Of a DNA stretch of 64,000 bases, positions 9,836 through 21,044 are shown one piece after another (position 1 is the first letter of the stretch; each line of letters begins with the position of its first letter). Origin of the DNA: an uncultured delta proteobacterium (GTDB lineage: Bacteria; Desulfobacterota; Desulfobacteria; Desulfobacterales; JAFDCJ01); the NCBI GenBank assembly GCA_963769935.1, contig CAVYNY010000009.1, positions 315,671 to 379,670 of the forward strand. Direction: 5' to 3'. The translations under genes and the position numbers were made by a program. Under the pieces are notes generated by a model. It was not told the DNA's origin. It did no database searches and saw nothing but the letters and a program-made list of their open reading frames with translations.

Positions 9836-11011
9836 CTAATTATCAGCCTCGGCCGCCCGGTCTTTCTCGATCAGAACCGGCACCAATACGCGCACAGGTT
9901 CTTGAATGCCGGAATTTTGATAAAAGAGCTTTAAACGGTTGAGTGCAACCTCATTGAGCTCGCGTCCTTTGGAAATCAGCAACTGCCCTTTTAATGAACA
10001 CAGATCCTCCTCCAATATCATATGCGCCCTCAGCTCGGAAAATGCTGCTTCCCGGACCTGGTAGTTTTTTTCAACGCCGACGACCTGCTCCATGGCCTCC
10101 AGCACCTCCGGATCGTACCAGCCGTCCCGGCTCCTTAGTTCGGCCAGCGCCTTGCCTGGCATAACGCCTTTTGCTTCCAGCAGATCGAAATCCAGCGCTA
10201 CCTTTAAAATTCGGGCGCCCAACGGAATGGCGTCGCCCCGGCGCTTATCCTCCGGCTGGCCCGATCCATCATAGTGTTTTTCCTGGTATAAGATGATTTC
10301 GGCCACCGCTTCCATGCGCGGGATATTATTGATCAGGTCCGCCGATATCATGGGGTTCATGGTCAGGGTTTTGGTTTCCTCAGGACTCAAACTTTTACCG
10401 CTAAAGAGTTTCTGCATCGTATGCGCCGGCAGAAGGAACCACCCGATCTGAGAGAGCATGGCAGCGGTTTCGAGCTGCCAGAGGTTGGAAACCATCAGTT
10501 TTGTTGCGATTTCAGTCACATACCGCCTGATGCGCAGGGACCGGCCGAAGGCCTCCGGGTTGGCCATGGAGAGCAAATCGGTCATCACCTCGATGCCGCC
10601 TTTCAGCGTTTTTTCTAGAAGCTCCTTTTCGGCCGTAACCAGCCGGTATTGTTCAAGCCCGACAGTCAGAACCGAAATCAGCTCCTTTTCGGTGCAGGGT
10701 TTGGTCAGAAACCGGAATACGTTGCCTTCGTTGACGGCCTTGATGGCGGCCTTCAGATCCGCGTTGCCCGTCAGCATCATGCGGACTGTGTCCGGTGACA
10801 TTTCGCGCACCTTGGCCAGGAACTGGATTCCATCCATCAGCGGCATTCTCAGATCCGATACGACCGCCGCAAACGGCCCTTTTTCCTTAACCGCCGCCAA
10901 TCCTTCCTTGGGGCCGACAGCTATCTCAAGTTTAAATTTGTTGCCCAATTGACGTCGAATTGCATTCAAGACATTGGGCTCATCATCAACAAATAAGATA
11001 CGATTCATCAT
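9836..11011 (-). CDS. REC + HD-type phosphohydrolase-like response regulator
   Basis: LFVDDE, SDLRMP, FRFLTKP; degenerate HD-GYP-like region (LSQIG, QEKHYDGSG, IPLGARIL). Confidence 0.85.
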   Translation of the reverse strand: MMNRILFVDDEPNVLNAIRRQLGNKFKLEIAVGPKEGLAAVKEKGPFAAVVSDLRMPLMDGIQFLAKVREMSPDTVRMMLTGNADLKAAIKAVNEGNVFRFLTKPCTEKELISVLTVGLEQYRLVTAEKELLEKTLKGGIEVMTDLLSMANPEAFGRSLRIRRYVTEIATKLMVSNLWQLETAAMLSQIGWFLLPAHTMQKLFSGKSLSPEETKTLTMNPMISADLINNIPRMEAVAEIILYQEKHYDGSGQPEDKRRGDAIPLGARILKVALDFDLLEAKGVMPGKALAELRSRDGWYDPEVLEAMEQVVGVEKNYQVREAAFSELRAHMILEEDLCSLKGQLLISKGRELNEVALNRLKLFYQNSGIQEPVRVLVPVLIEKDRAAEADN

Positions 11012-12228
11012 GTTTTTTCCTCTTCGGAAATCATTTTAATATATTCAGCGCGCCAGATTTCGATTCGTTGGCTCAGGCCTAATTCGGCCAAATAGTCGGA
11101 ATCCATTCCACCCGGCGCGTCGCTGCTGCCGCTCCGGGAAAACGGATTGTCGTGCTGGAGGGCGTTAGCGATGTAAACGGCCGCCAGCGGAATAAACGTA
11201 TTCGCCGGGCAGTCTTGCGGGCGGTGATGAAAGGCGACTGCTTCGACAATAGGGTCGGGCAATCCCCACAACCCCAGCAGGTAAGCGCCAACCTCAGCAT
11301 GACCCGCCCCCAGGATTTGGATTTCGGCGTCTGCCAGATTCAATCCTTCGTGCTTCAACAGACCCTGGATCTCTTTGTATTGGTCCGGGTAATTGTCCAC
11401 CAATACCAGTTTGCCGATGTCATGCAGCAGCCCGGCCATGTAGGCATCATCCAGCAGCTGCTTGCCGACCGCTTCGGTCTTGGCGATATTCCTGACCAGT
11501 TGACCGGTTACCACACTGTGATTCCAAAGACTTACGATATCAAACATCGCCAGCTTGCTCGGATCGAATTTGGAAAAAACTTCCACCGTCAGCACCAGGG
11601 CTTTGACGGTATCCAACCCCAGTAGGCTGACGGCTTGGGAAGGATCGGTGATATGGCGCGACAGGGCAAAAAAAGCCGAATTGACCAACTGCAATACTTT
11701 GGTAGTCATACCCAGATCTTTGGCAATGATACCGCCGATTTTTTGAATGGATGCATTTGAAGAACTCAACTCTTCCACAATTTCGGCATACAGCGACGGC
11801 AGGCTCGGCAGCGAATCAATCTTCGAAACGACGCCCTTCAGGGTTTCCTGTGACAGCAGATCCCTCAGGGCACACGCACGGCTGATGGTACTTTTTAAGG
11901 CCTCGGCTTCGGCAGGTTTCGAAAGATACTGGTGGGCCGGACGCACGGATCGCAGTATCATTTCCTGATCTGAGTGACCGGAGAGGACAATTCGAACAAT
12001 ATGTGGATGGCGGCTTTTGATTTCGGTCAACAGCTGCGCACCGTCCATTTTCGGCATGCGCATGTCGGTGACGACCACATCGAAAGGCTCCTGTGCCAGC
12101 ATATCGAGAGCTTCAGGGCCGCTTTTCACAAACTGCATCTCCCACTCGGCGCGCGCGCTGTGCAGCATACGTCGGATGCTCTGCAGCACATTCGGTTCGT
12201 CATCCACAAAAAGAATGCGTCTTTTCAC
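11008..12228 (-). CDS. REC + HDOD domain protein
   Basis: REC domain; LPSLP, LVNSAFF, AGLLHDIGKL, WGLP..IVEAVAFHH. Confidence 0.9.
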   Translation of the reverse strand: MKRRILFVDDEPNVLQSIRRMLHSARAEWEMQFVKSGPEALDMLAQEPFDVVVTDMRMPKMDGAQLLTEIKSRHPHIVRIVLSGHSDQEMILRSVRPAHQYLSKPAEAEALKSTISRACALRDLLSQETLKGVVSKIDSLPSLPSLYAEIVEELSSSNASIQKIGGIIAKDLGMTTKVLQLVNSAFFALSRHITDPSQAVSLLGLDTVKALVLTVEVFSKFDPSKLAMFDIVSLWNHSVVTGQLVRNIAKTEAVGKQLLDDAYMAGLLHDIGKLVLVDNYPDQYKEIQGLLKHEGLNLADAEIQILGAGHAEVGAYLLGLWGLPDPIVEAVAFHHRPQDCPANTFIPLAAVYIANALQHDNPFSRSGSSDAPGGMDSDYLAELGLSQRIEIWRAEYIKMISEEEKT

Positions 12229-12249
12229 TGTTATTCACCTTTTCTTATT

Positions 12250-14653
12250 TCAGGTCGATTTCTCTTCAAGGGGCAGTTGAATTATAAAGGTGGTGCCTTT
12301 ACCAATTTCGGTTTCAAAACGGATCTCCCCGCCGTGTTTTTCGGCAATGACCGCATGCGATATAGCCAACCCCTGCCCGGTGCCGCGTCCGACTTCTTTA
12401 GTAGTGAAAAATGGATCGAATATCCGGCCCCGATTCTCTTCGACAATTCCGGTTCCGGTGTCGGACACCCGGATCTCGACCCAGCCGTCATTGCGGCAGG
12501 TGCGGATGCTAATCAAGCCTTTTTCTTCGGCGCCGTCTCCCACGACATCTGCGATCGCATGGGCGGCGTTGACGATCAGGTTTAAAATAACCTGGTTGAA
12601 ATCACCGGGCAGACAGGGCACCAGCGGCAGGTCGGCATCGAAATCGGTTTCCATCTCCGCCACGTACTTCCATTCGTTGCGTGCAACGGTGATGGTGCTT
12701 TGAATGGCTTTGTTTAAATCCACCATGGATTTTTCGTCGGATCCCGGATGTGAAAACTCCTTCATGGCCCGCACAATATCGGCCACCCGCTGGGCGCCCT
12801 CGAGGGTCTGCTCGATGGCCGGCGGTATTTCTTCCCGAATAAAGCCCAAATCGATTCTCTCAATCACTTCCTTGATTTCTTCCGACAATGACGTCCTCGC
12901 TTCATCGCTTTCGGCCGTTTGGATCAATTGCCCGATTTTGTCGAAAAGCATGTCTAAATCTCCGAATTTTTCCTGCAAAAAACGGGTGTTGTAAAGCACA
13001 TACTGGATGGGCGTGTTGATTTCATGGGCAATCCCGCCCGCCAAAGTGCCGATGGCCTCCATCCGTTGAGCCTGGCGCAGCTGGATTTCCAGGCAGCGTT
13101 CTTTGGTGACATCCCGTTTGACGGCGACAAAGTTGACAATTTCGCCGGACGGATTGCGGATTGGTGAGATCCGGGCCTCTTCTTCGTAAATGGTTCCGTC
13201 CTTTTTGCGGTTGGAAAGCCGGCCGGACCACACCCGTCCGCTGCGAATTGTCTCCCACAAAGATTTATAGAAGCCCGCCTCGTGCTTGCCGCTTTTTAAA
13301 ATGCGGGGGTTCTGTCCAATGGCCTCCCGGCGGCTGTAACCGGTGTGCTTCTCGAATGCCGGGTTGACATATTGAATCGATCCCCCGGCATCGGTGACGA
13401 TGATCATCTCATCGACCTGGGATATGGCGGTTGCCAGGTGGATACGGTCCGCCTCAGCTCGTTTGCGTTCGGTGATGTCCAGCATGACTCCGACCATGCC
13501 GGTTGGTTTTTCCCTATCGTCGATGATGGATGCTTTATAGAAAATGACATCATGCAGGCTGTTGTCGGCATACCTGACCCTGCTTTCATAGGATTGGATC
13601 GATTGGGCTGCCGGGTTGCTGATCAGCTCCATATCGGCTTTGTGATAGATGTCGGCCAGTTCCTTGGGCGCAAAGTCGAAAACCGTTTTGCCGATAATGT
13701 CGGCTCTGGATACACCGATAAACTTTTCGAAGGCGGCATTGCACAGCCGATAGACCCCCTCCACATTTTTATAATAATAAGGGTTCGGAATCGTGTCGAG
13801 GATCTGCTGCAAAAATTCAAAATTGCGGTGCAGGTCCTGGACTGCATTTCTGCGTTCGGTAATATCCTGCCCGATGCTGAGAATACCGGTCACCTCTCCC
13901 CGGTCGGATAAAATCGCCTTGTCGGTCCACGACATCCATACCCGTTCCCCGTTGCGTCGCATATTCTCATGTTCACTTTTAGCCGTTTTTTCCGGATGCC
14001 GGATAATATCCTGTATAAAAGCGTTCAGATCAAGGCCCTCGGAATCCACAGCCGGCACAATCGTTCCGACGATGAGGTTGGCCGAGAATTTCAGCTTCGC
14101 TGTAGCCGAAGAAATGCCGGGCGAATTCGTTGATAAAAGTCACACGGCCGGCAGTATCTAATTTCAGGATAATGCTGTTGGCGCTTTCGACCAGTTCACG
14201 GTATTTGGCTTCGCTTTGCTGCAGCTCATGGGTGCGGCGCTTGATCTCTTCTTCGAGGTGATTCCGGTGCCGGCGATTTTCAATGGCGAGCGAGCGCCGG
14301 TGCAAGGCATTAGCGACGCTGGTGAGAATCCGGCTGCGCTCGAGCGGCTTGGCGATGTAGTCATAAGCCCCGGCCGCCAAGGCAGTTTCGATCGTCAGCC
14401 GGTCGGCGGCGCCGGTTACCATTATCGCGGCCGTATCCGGATAGTCGGGCAGAATATCGCAAATGAAATCCAGACCGGATTCGCCGGGCATGTTTACGTC
14501 GCAAAGCAAAAGTTCAAAATCTTTGCAGGCTGAAAGTTGACGGGCCTCCGCGGCATTAGAGGCTGTTGTGCAGCGGTACCCATTGGGCTCGAGGTATTCC
14601 TTGAGCAGTATCTGAATGGAGACTTCGTCATCAACGATTAAGATATCTGTCAT
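12250..14653 (-). CDS. REC-PAS-PAS-PAS histidine kinase (frameshift near 14070)
   Basis: ORFs 14030..14653 and 12250..14058 join within a PAS domain; H-box GIAHEINTP, NAAHA, DPFFTTK, GTGQGL. Confidence 0.85.
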
Positions 14654-14656
14654 TTT

Positions 14657-14788
14657 TTATCTTTCTCCGGCGGGTCTGAATTCATCATATTTTCCGAATT
14701 TTTTTTGAACCGGAATAGCGGGTATATGGGATCGAATCATCACGACGACTATCATGAATCCAAGCGCCAATTTATATTTGATTTTCAT
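14657..14788 (-). pseudogene. Truncated N-terminus of a membrane sensor-like protein
   Basis: MKIKYKLALGFMIVVVMI.. resembles kinase/MCP TM1, then ends. Confidence 0.3.
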
Positions 14789-14822
14789 GCTGACTTTCTT
14801 TTTGAGGTTATACAGCCTCGCC

Positions 14823-15245
14823 TCATAGGGCGGCATGCAATATCGCCGGATAATTTTTCTTAAACCGCTCATAAGAACCTAAATAGATTACTCCGGCCCT
14901 TCTCAAACTTACCTCTGTTTCCTGATTCAGATTGTCAAAAAGCCCAATTATTTTTGCCGAAGGAAAGGATCTTCGCAAACTGCTGAATAAATTTTCATTT
15001 ATTTTTCGATTGAGTGAATCGGTAATAACGATCAAGCCGAAATTGTCACTTGCGCATGACGTTGGTCGGTCGTCCGGTCCTTCAATTCTCGTTATAGTGG
15101 GAAAAAACTCAGCCAGTATTTTAACCAATTCGTAAATTTTTGTCCCCTGCCTTCCCACCACCAGCACGTTTTGAAAACCTGCTTTTTCCATCCACCCTGC
15201 CCCAGGTTCATTGCATGTTTCTTCTACTAAATGATTTTTGCTCAC
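14823..15245 (-). CDS. Hypothetical protein, degenerate receiver-like fold
   Basis: Flavodoxin-like alternation (VLVVG, LIVITD, KIIGLFD); preceded by a sigma-54 promoter. Confidence 0.55.
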   Translation of the reverse strand: MSKNHLVEETCNEPGAGWMEKAGFQNVLVVGRQGTKIYELVKILAEFFPTITRIEGPDDRPTSCASDNFGLIVITDSLNRKINENLFSSLRRSFPSAKIIGLFDNLNQETEVSLRRAGVIYLGSYERFKKNYPAILHAAL

Positions 15246-15301
15246 GGTTTCCCCTAATCTTACCCAGCGACATAACTCATTGTAACTGCCCCAATACGGA
15301 A

Positions 15302-15318
15302 AGCAACATCCATGCCGC
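15302..15318 (-). promoter_or_regulatory. Sigma-54 promoter
   Basis: CGGCATGGATGTTGCT = GG-N10-GC. Confidence 0.65.
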
Positions 15319-15380
15319 TTCAGCCAACTTTGTATCTATCTGATATTTAATATAATTTTTCATAAAGGAAGAACCGGGAA

Positions 15381-15427
15381 CTATCATATTGATAGAAACA
15401 GGCGGCCGGGTCTATCAAAATGATAGA
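15381..15427. promoter_or_regulatory. Two palindromic enhancer (UAS) sites CTATCA-N3-TGATAG
   Basis: CTATCATATTGATAG (15381) and CTATCAAAATGATAG (15412), 31 bp apart. Confidence 0.7.
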
Positions 15428-15576
15428 ATGATTTAGGACAGAAACGTAATTTAACCCTGAATACAGGGAAGTGATGAAATTACAGCAATAATCTCTTCGT
15501 CGATATAAACTGCAGGAACAAAAGGAAGTGAAATTCGAATATTAAGATTCAGACCGAATTGTTAAATCCAAAATCG

Positions 15577-17010
15577 TTAAATCCGAATTCCGTATCTCTT
15601 AATTTTTCTGTAAAGTGTTGCTTCGCCGATGCCGAGCAGCCGGGCAGCCCCTGAACGACTATTACTGCTTTTTGCCAGAGCATTCCTGAGCGCGGCTATT
15701 TCAAAAGCCTGCAGGCTGTCATCGGCCGGAAGGTTCAAATCAGGATTAGAACATATTGGGCGGGCATATAGGTGCTGGGGAAGATCTTCAGGGCGGATCA
15801 TATCCGCTTTGCCGAGAGCCACCGATCGCCGTATGATGTTTTCCAGTTCCCGAACATTGCCCGGCCATTCATAATTTTCAAGGCACATCAGTGCTGCTTG
15901 AGAAATATCTTTCACGGGTGAAAGGTCCGTCCCAAAGCGGGTTAAAAAATATCTTGCCAGCAAAGGAAGATCTTCCTTCCGGTCTCGCAGGGGGGGTACT
16001 TTGATGGTCAGAACGTTTATGCGGTAAAAGAGATCCTCACGAAAATTTCCCTGACTAAGCTGTTCACTCAGATCTCGATTGGTGGCGGCCAGGATGCGGA
16101 CGTCCACTGGATGATTTCGGCTGCTGCCGACCGGTCGTACTTCTTTTTCCTGCAGGGTTCGCAGCAGCTTGGCCTGGATGGCCGGGGAAAGTTCGCCGAT
16201 TTCATCCAGGAACAACGTACCCTTGTCAGCCGCGCGAATCAGACCCAGGGTTGATGTATGCGCGCCGGTAAAGGCGCCTTTGACATGACCGAAAAGCTCG
16301 CTTTCGATCACTGTATCGCTGATGGCTGCACAATCAACCGGTAAAAAATTATGTTTTGACCTGGTGCTGTGTTGATGCAACGCCCGAGCTACCAACTCCT
16401 TGCCTGTGCCGGTTTCAGCCTGGATCAAGACGGGGGAATCCGTCCTGCCGGCGTCCGCTATCAGTTCTTTTAATTTCAGCATGGTCGTCGAATTGCCGAC
16501 CAACTCGGGAAAAACAAACCTATTTTTGATCTCTTCGCGCAGCCTTTGATTTTCTTGTTTTAACTCCCAAAATTTAAACAGTTGAGCCACGCGCAGCCGC
16601 AACTCCTCCGGTGAAAAGGGCTTTTCTAAAAAATCGTCCGCGCCCATCTTGATGGCGGCCACCGCCTTTTGAACCCCTCCCTCACCAGTCAGTATGACAA
16701 CCATCAGGGCCGGGTATTGCTTGCGGATTCGCTTTAAAAGCTCAAAACCGTCCATCTGCGGCATTGCCAGATCGATCACGGCCGCATCGACTTGGATCTT
16801 CTCTAACAGCGCCAGCGCTTCCTGACCGTCGCCGGCTGTACGGATGCGATAATCTTCTTCGGCAAATGTCTCCTCCAGCAGCCGCAGCATCGATGGTTCA
16901 TCATCGACAAACAGCAGGCAAAAGGCAGCGGATTGATGGTCGTCGCTAATTGATTGTTGGTTGGAAAAATCGAAATTCTTTTTCATTTTTGGACTATTTT
17001 CTCTTTCCAC
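15577..17010 (-). CDS. Sigma-54-dependent (NtrC-family) response regulator
   Basis: REC; ETGTGKE, GAFTGA, FLDEIGE, WPGNVREL, Fis-type HTH. Confidence 0.95.
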   Translation of the reverse strand: MERENSPKMKKNFDFSNQQSISDDHQSAAFCLLFVDDEPSMLRLLEETFAEEDYRIRTAGDGQEALALLEKIQVDAAVIDLAMPQMDGFELLKRIRKQYPALMVVILTGEGGVQKAVAAIKMGADDFLEKPFSPEELRLRVAQLFKFWELKQENQRLREEIKNRFVFPELVGNSTTMLKLKELIADAGRTDSPVLIQAETGTGKELVARALHQHSTRSKHNFLPVDCAAISDTVIESELFGHVKGAFTGAHTSTLGLIRAADKGTLFLDEIGELSPAIQAKLLRTLQEKEVRPVGSSRNHPVDVRILAATNRDLSEQLSQGNFREDLFYRINVLTIKVPPLRDRKEDLPLLARYFLTRFGTDLSPVKDISQAALMCLENYEWPGNVRELENIIRRSVALGKADMIRPEDLPQHLYARPICSNPDLNLPADDSLQAFEIAALRNALAKSSNSRSGAARLLGIGEATLYRKIKRYGIRI

Positions 17011-17048
17011 CCTGGACCGATCTTCCGGTTGTATGGTTGAATTGAGTT

Positions 17049-17828
17049 TTAGGCTTCATCCAACACCTCCCGGACTTTCGCGGCCAAAGCCTGGGTCGAA
17101 AAAGGCTTCTGGATGAAGGGAAGCCCTTCTTCAAGCACACCGCGCTGGGCGATGACGTCGTCGGTGTACCCGGACATGTACAGTACCTTCAGATTCGGGT
17201 ATTTTTGAGCTGCTTTCTCATACAGTTGCCTGCCATTCAGTCCGGGCATAACCACATCGGTCGACAGCAAGTGCACGGGGGCATCGTGAGATGCCAATGT
17301 CCTCAGCGCTTCATCGCTGTGGTTGGCCGAAATGACCGTGTATCCCCGTTGCCTTAATATGAGGTGGGTCAACCGGCATGGCGTCGGAGGCGTTGACGGC
17401 CAGGTTCATGATCACCTGTTCCAATTGTCCGATATCGGCCATGACAGGCAGGAGACCGGGTGAGGAGACGGTTTTTATCTCGACATCTTCCGGGATCGTA
17501 CGCCGCAGCAGGTTTTTAAAATTTTCAATGGTCGCGTTAATGTCCACCGTTCTGAATTCCAAGGTCTGATTGCGGCTGAAGACCAGCAGCTGACGCAACA
17601 GATCCCGCGTAAGGTTTCCGGCTCTGAAGATTTCGTTCACCAACTCGCGCCGATTGTCGTTTTGCCCCAAACCTTCCAGCAACATTTCGCTGTAGCCGGG
17701 GAATTGATCACTTTAAGGACTTCAAAAACCATCAGCTGCTCCTGTTCAACGAGCTGATGCTCAAATTCGGCCCGTTCTAGTTCCTGGACTCTTTTTTCCA
17801 GTTCTTCATAGGTTGGCTTTTTAAGCAT
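17049..17828 (-). pseudogene. Hybrid histidine kinase remnant with internal deletions
   Basis: Three fragments: MLKKPTYEELEKRV start, partial HisKA/HATPase (QLEQVIMNLAVNASDAMP), C-terminal REC; H-box and G-boxes missing. Confidence 0.75.
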
Positions 17829-17930
17829 GGTAAATGCCCTTGTTTTTAAAACGTTACTCAGGATGGCCCGTTTTAAACCCGCTTGGGCTCCATATGCCGT
17901 CGCCTGAAATCAATCATCAATCAACAATCA

Positions 17931-20589
17931 TCAATTCTGCCCGTCCAGCACTCGCCGGATAACATGTGCCAGTTCGTGAGTGGTTATCGGTTTTAATAGA
18001 AATGCCCGGATGCCCGCAGCTTTGATGCTTTCGCCGTTGATATTTTCGCTGAAGCCGGTGCTTAAAATGATAGGGAAATCGGGGCGTATCGCCAAAAATT
18101 CCCGAGCCAGATCAGTACCCGTCATATTGGGCATGGTCATATCAGTCACAACCAGATCGAAATCATCGGCTTTGATCTTGAAAAGCTCCAGCGCCTCGAT
18201 GCTGCTGGTGCGGGTCGTAACCTTGTAGCCCAGCTGCTCCAACATTTGCCGGCCGATATCCACCAGCGGTTTTTCATCGTCGATCAAAAGAACGTGTTCG
18301 TCCCCGACGGGCAGCGGTCCTTTGATCTTGGCTTCAGGCCGGCTGGGTTTTTTGGCAATAGGAAAGTACACATGAAACGCGGTGCCCTTATCAGGCTCGC
18401 TGTCGACTTTAATAAATCCGCCATGCCCCTTGACGATGCCGTCAACGACGGCCAGCCCCAGGCCGGTTCCCTCCTCCTTCGCTTTAGTTGTAAAAAAAGG
18501 ATCAAAGATTTTCTCCATCACATCGGCGGACATGCCTTGGCCGGTATCACATACTGTCAACAGCCTGATAGGCTCCCGAAGCGGCTCCCGGCATAACTAT
18601 CCGCCAGTGAGGCCGTCAAATCAACAGAATATCCTTCAGGCTCACCGAAAGCAGACCGCCATTTTCCCGCATGGCATGGGCCGCATTGGTGCACAGATTC
18701 ATCAGGATCTGGTGAATCTGGGTCGGATCCGCAATCACGGTGTCGTCGCTGTCAACTCCTGGGCGAATTTCAATCGTCGCCGGCAGGGATGCCCTCAGCA
18801 GCTTGAGCACTTCCTTTACGATCAGCTTGATTTGAACCGGCTGCATCTTCTGTTCGGTCTGGCGGCTGAACGTCAGGATCTGTTTGACCAAATCTCGGGC
18901 ACGTACACCGGCATTTAATATCTCCTGCAGGTGATCTTTCAACTTCTCATCATTTTGAACCTTGTCAAGCGCAATCTCCGAATACCCGATGACCGCCGAT
19001 AAAATGTTGTTGAAGTCATGGGCGATACCGCCGGCCAAGGTGCCGATGGCCTCCATCTTCTGGGCCTGGCGCAGCTGTTTTTCCCTCCTGATTTCATCGG
19101 TGACATCCCGTTTGACGGCTACATAATGGGTGATTTTGCCGGCCGCGTTTATCACCGGTGAAATGGTTGCATCTTCTTCGTACAGGCTGCCGTCTTTTCT
19201 TCGATTGACGAAATGCCCTTTCCACATGCTGCCTTGTTCGAGATTGGCCCACATGGATTGGTAAAAGGATCGGTCATCTTTGCCGCTTTGAAGGATTCTG
19301 GGGTTTTGCCCGATGAGCTCTTCCTTTGTATATCCGGAAATTTTTTCGCAGATCGGGTTGACATATTGGATGCTGCCGTTCAGATCGGTTATCAATACGC
19401 TCTCGGAAGCATGCTCGATGGCGGCCGCCAGCAGAATGCGCTCCGCTTCCGCTTTTCTGCGCTGGCTGATATCGCGGAAAAAAGCGAGTGTGACCGTATC
19501 GCCCTGGTAGGAGGTCTGGGCAATGGAGACCTCGATGAAAATCATGTCGCCATTTTTTTTGATTCCCCTGCATTCGTATCTTGACGGCACCGGGCCGTTT
19601 TTGGCCCTGCGGTCCACAATCTCGCGCACCCAGTCTCGGTCATCGGGATGCACCAACTGCACAGAGGGGCGGTTTAAAATCTCTTCGGCCTGCGCATAAC
19701 CGAAAATTTCAAGATATTTTGGATTGACATAAACATGAATATCACCTTTCAGAATCGCAATGCCGTCATTGGAGTATTCTATGGCGGTTCGGTAGCGCTC
19801 CTCGGATTCCGCCAAGGCTTGCTCGGCCCGAATGCGCTCGGTTTCATCAGTGTAAATGGCCACGATCTCCCCGGTAGGGAGCTTGTAGACATAGTTGTCG
19901 CGCCAGCCGGATGTCCGCTGACCCTCGTAGTAAAATACAGGGGGTTTTTCCGGTTTTCCGGTCGACCACACTCGCTGAAAGACCTCAAATAGCCCGCATT
20001 TCTTTATCCCGGCAAAGACTTCTGAAACCGGCTTGCCGATAGCTTCATGGCGCCTGATATTTTCTATCTTTTCGCAGCCCTTGTTAACATCAACAATTAT
20101 GAAATCGTTGCTATCATCGATCGCTTTATAAATGGTAATGCCGTTGTTGGTGTGATCAAATATCCCCTTGAACCTTGCTTCACTTTCCCGCAATTCAGTT
20201 TCGGTTTTTTTTCGTTCAACCGCATACTGAAGAGTGCTGGTTAGCAACCATCTGTTCAATTTGCTTTTCACAAGGTAATCCTGCGCCCCAGCCTGTACGG
20301 CCGAAATCCCTGTTTTTTCGTCATCGTTGCCGGTAAGTACGACGATCGGCATGGCGGACACGGCTTCCCTGACTGCCCGGAGCGTGTCGAGACCGTCGCT
20401 GTCGGGCAGATTCAGATCCAGCAACACCAAATTCACGAAATCGCGCCCGAGATTATGGATTGCCTCAGACAAGCGGGTCACCCAGACGATTTCAAAGCTC
20501 ATCGTCTCGGTTTGCGACAGCATCTCCCGGATGAGGTCGGCGTCCCCGGGATTATCTTCAACCAGGATTAACTTCAGATGGGTGTTCAT
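17931..20589 (-). CDS. Hybrid REC-PAS-HisKA-HATPase-REC kinase (frameshift near 18600)
   Basis: GIAHDFNNIL in 18616..20589; DTGQG, FFTTK, GTGLGL and REC in 17931..18560. Confidence 0.85.
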
Positions 20590-21044
20590 TATTTCCTTCC
20601 GCCGGGCGGCAACACGACGATGCTGAGCCAGAACTCTTTGATCGATTTGACCACTCGGCTAAACTGGCTGAAATCGATGGGTTTGGTGATATAGCAGTTC
20701 GCATGCAAGTTGTAGGACTTGAGCACGTCTTCCTCGGCCCGGGAGGTCGTTAAGACCACCACCGGAATGCGCTTGAAGTCTTCGTCGTTTTTGATCTCGG
20801 CCAGAACCTCCCGTCCGTCCATTTTCGGCAGATTCAGGTCCAGCAAAATCAGATCGGGCCGGGCGGCAGCGCTATATTCGCCTTCACGTCTCAAAAAAGA
20901 AAGCGCGGCTTCGCCGTCTTCGACCACCCAGAGTTTATTAAGCACTTTGCTGTTTTCTAAAGCATCCTGCGTCAGCTCAACATCCCCGGGGTTGTCTTCA
21001 ACCAGTAGAATTTCGATCGGTTTCACCAATTGTGTATTTTTCAT
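20589..21044 (-). CDS. Single-domain response regulator (Rcp1-like)
   Basis: [29 protein letters not shown]. Confidence 0.9.
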   Translation of the reverse strand: MKNTQLVKPIEILLVEDNPGDVELTQDALENSKVLNKLWVVEDGEAALSFLRREGEYSAAARPDLILLDLNLPKMDGREVLAEIKNDEDFKRIPVVVLTTSRAEEDVLKSYNLHANCYITKPIDFSQFSRVVKSIKEFWLSIVVLPPGGRK

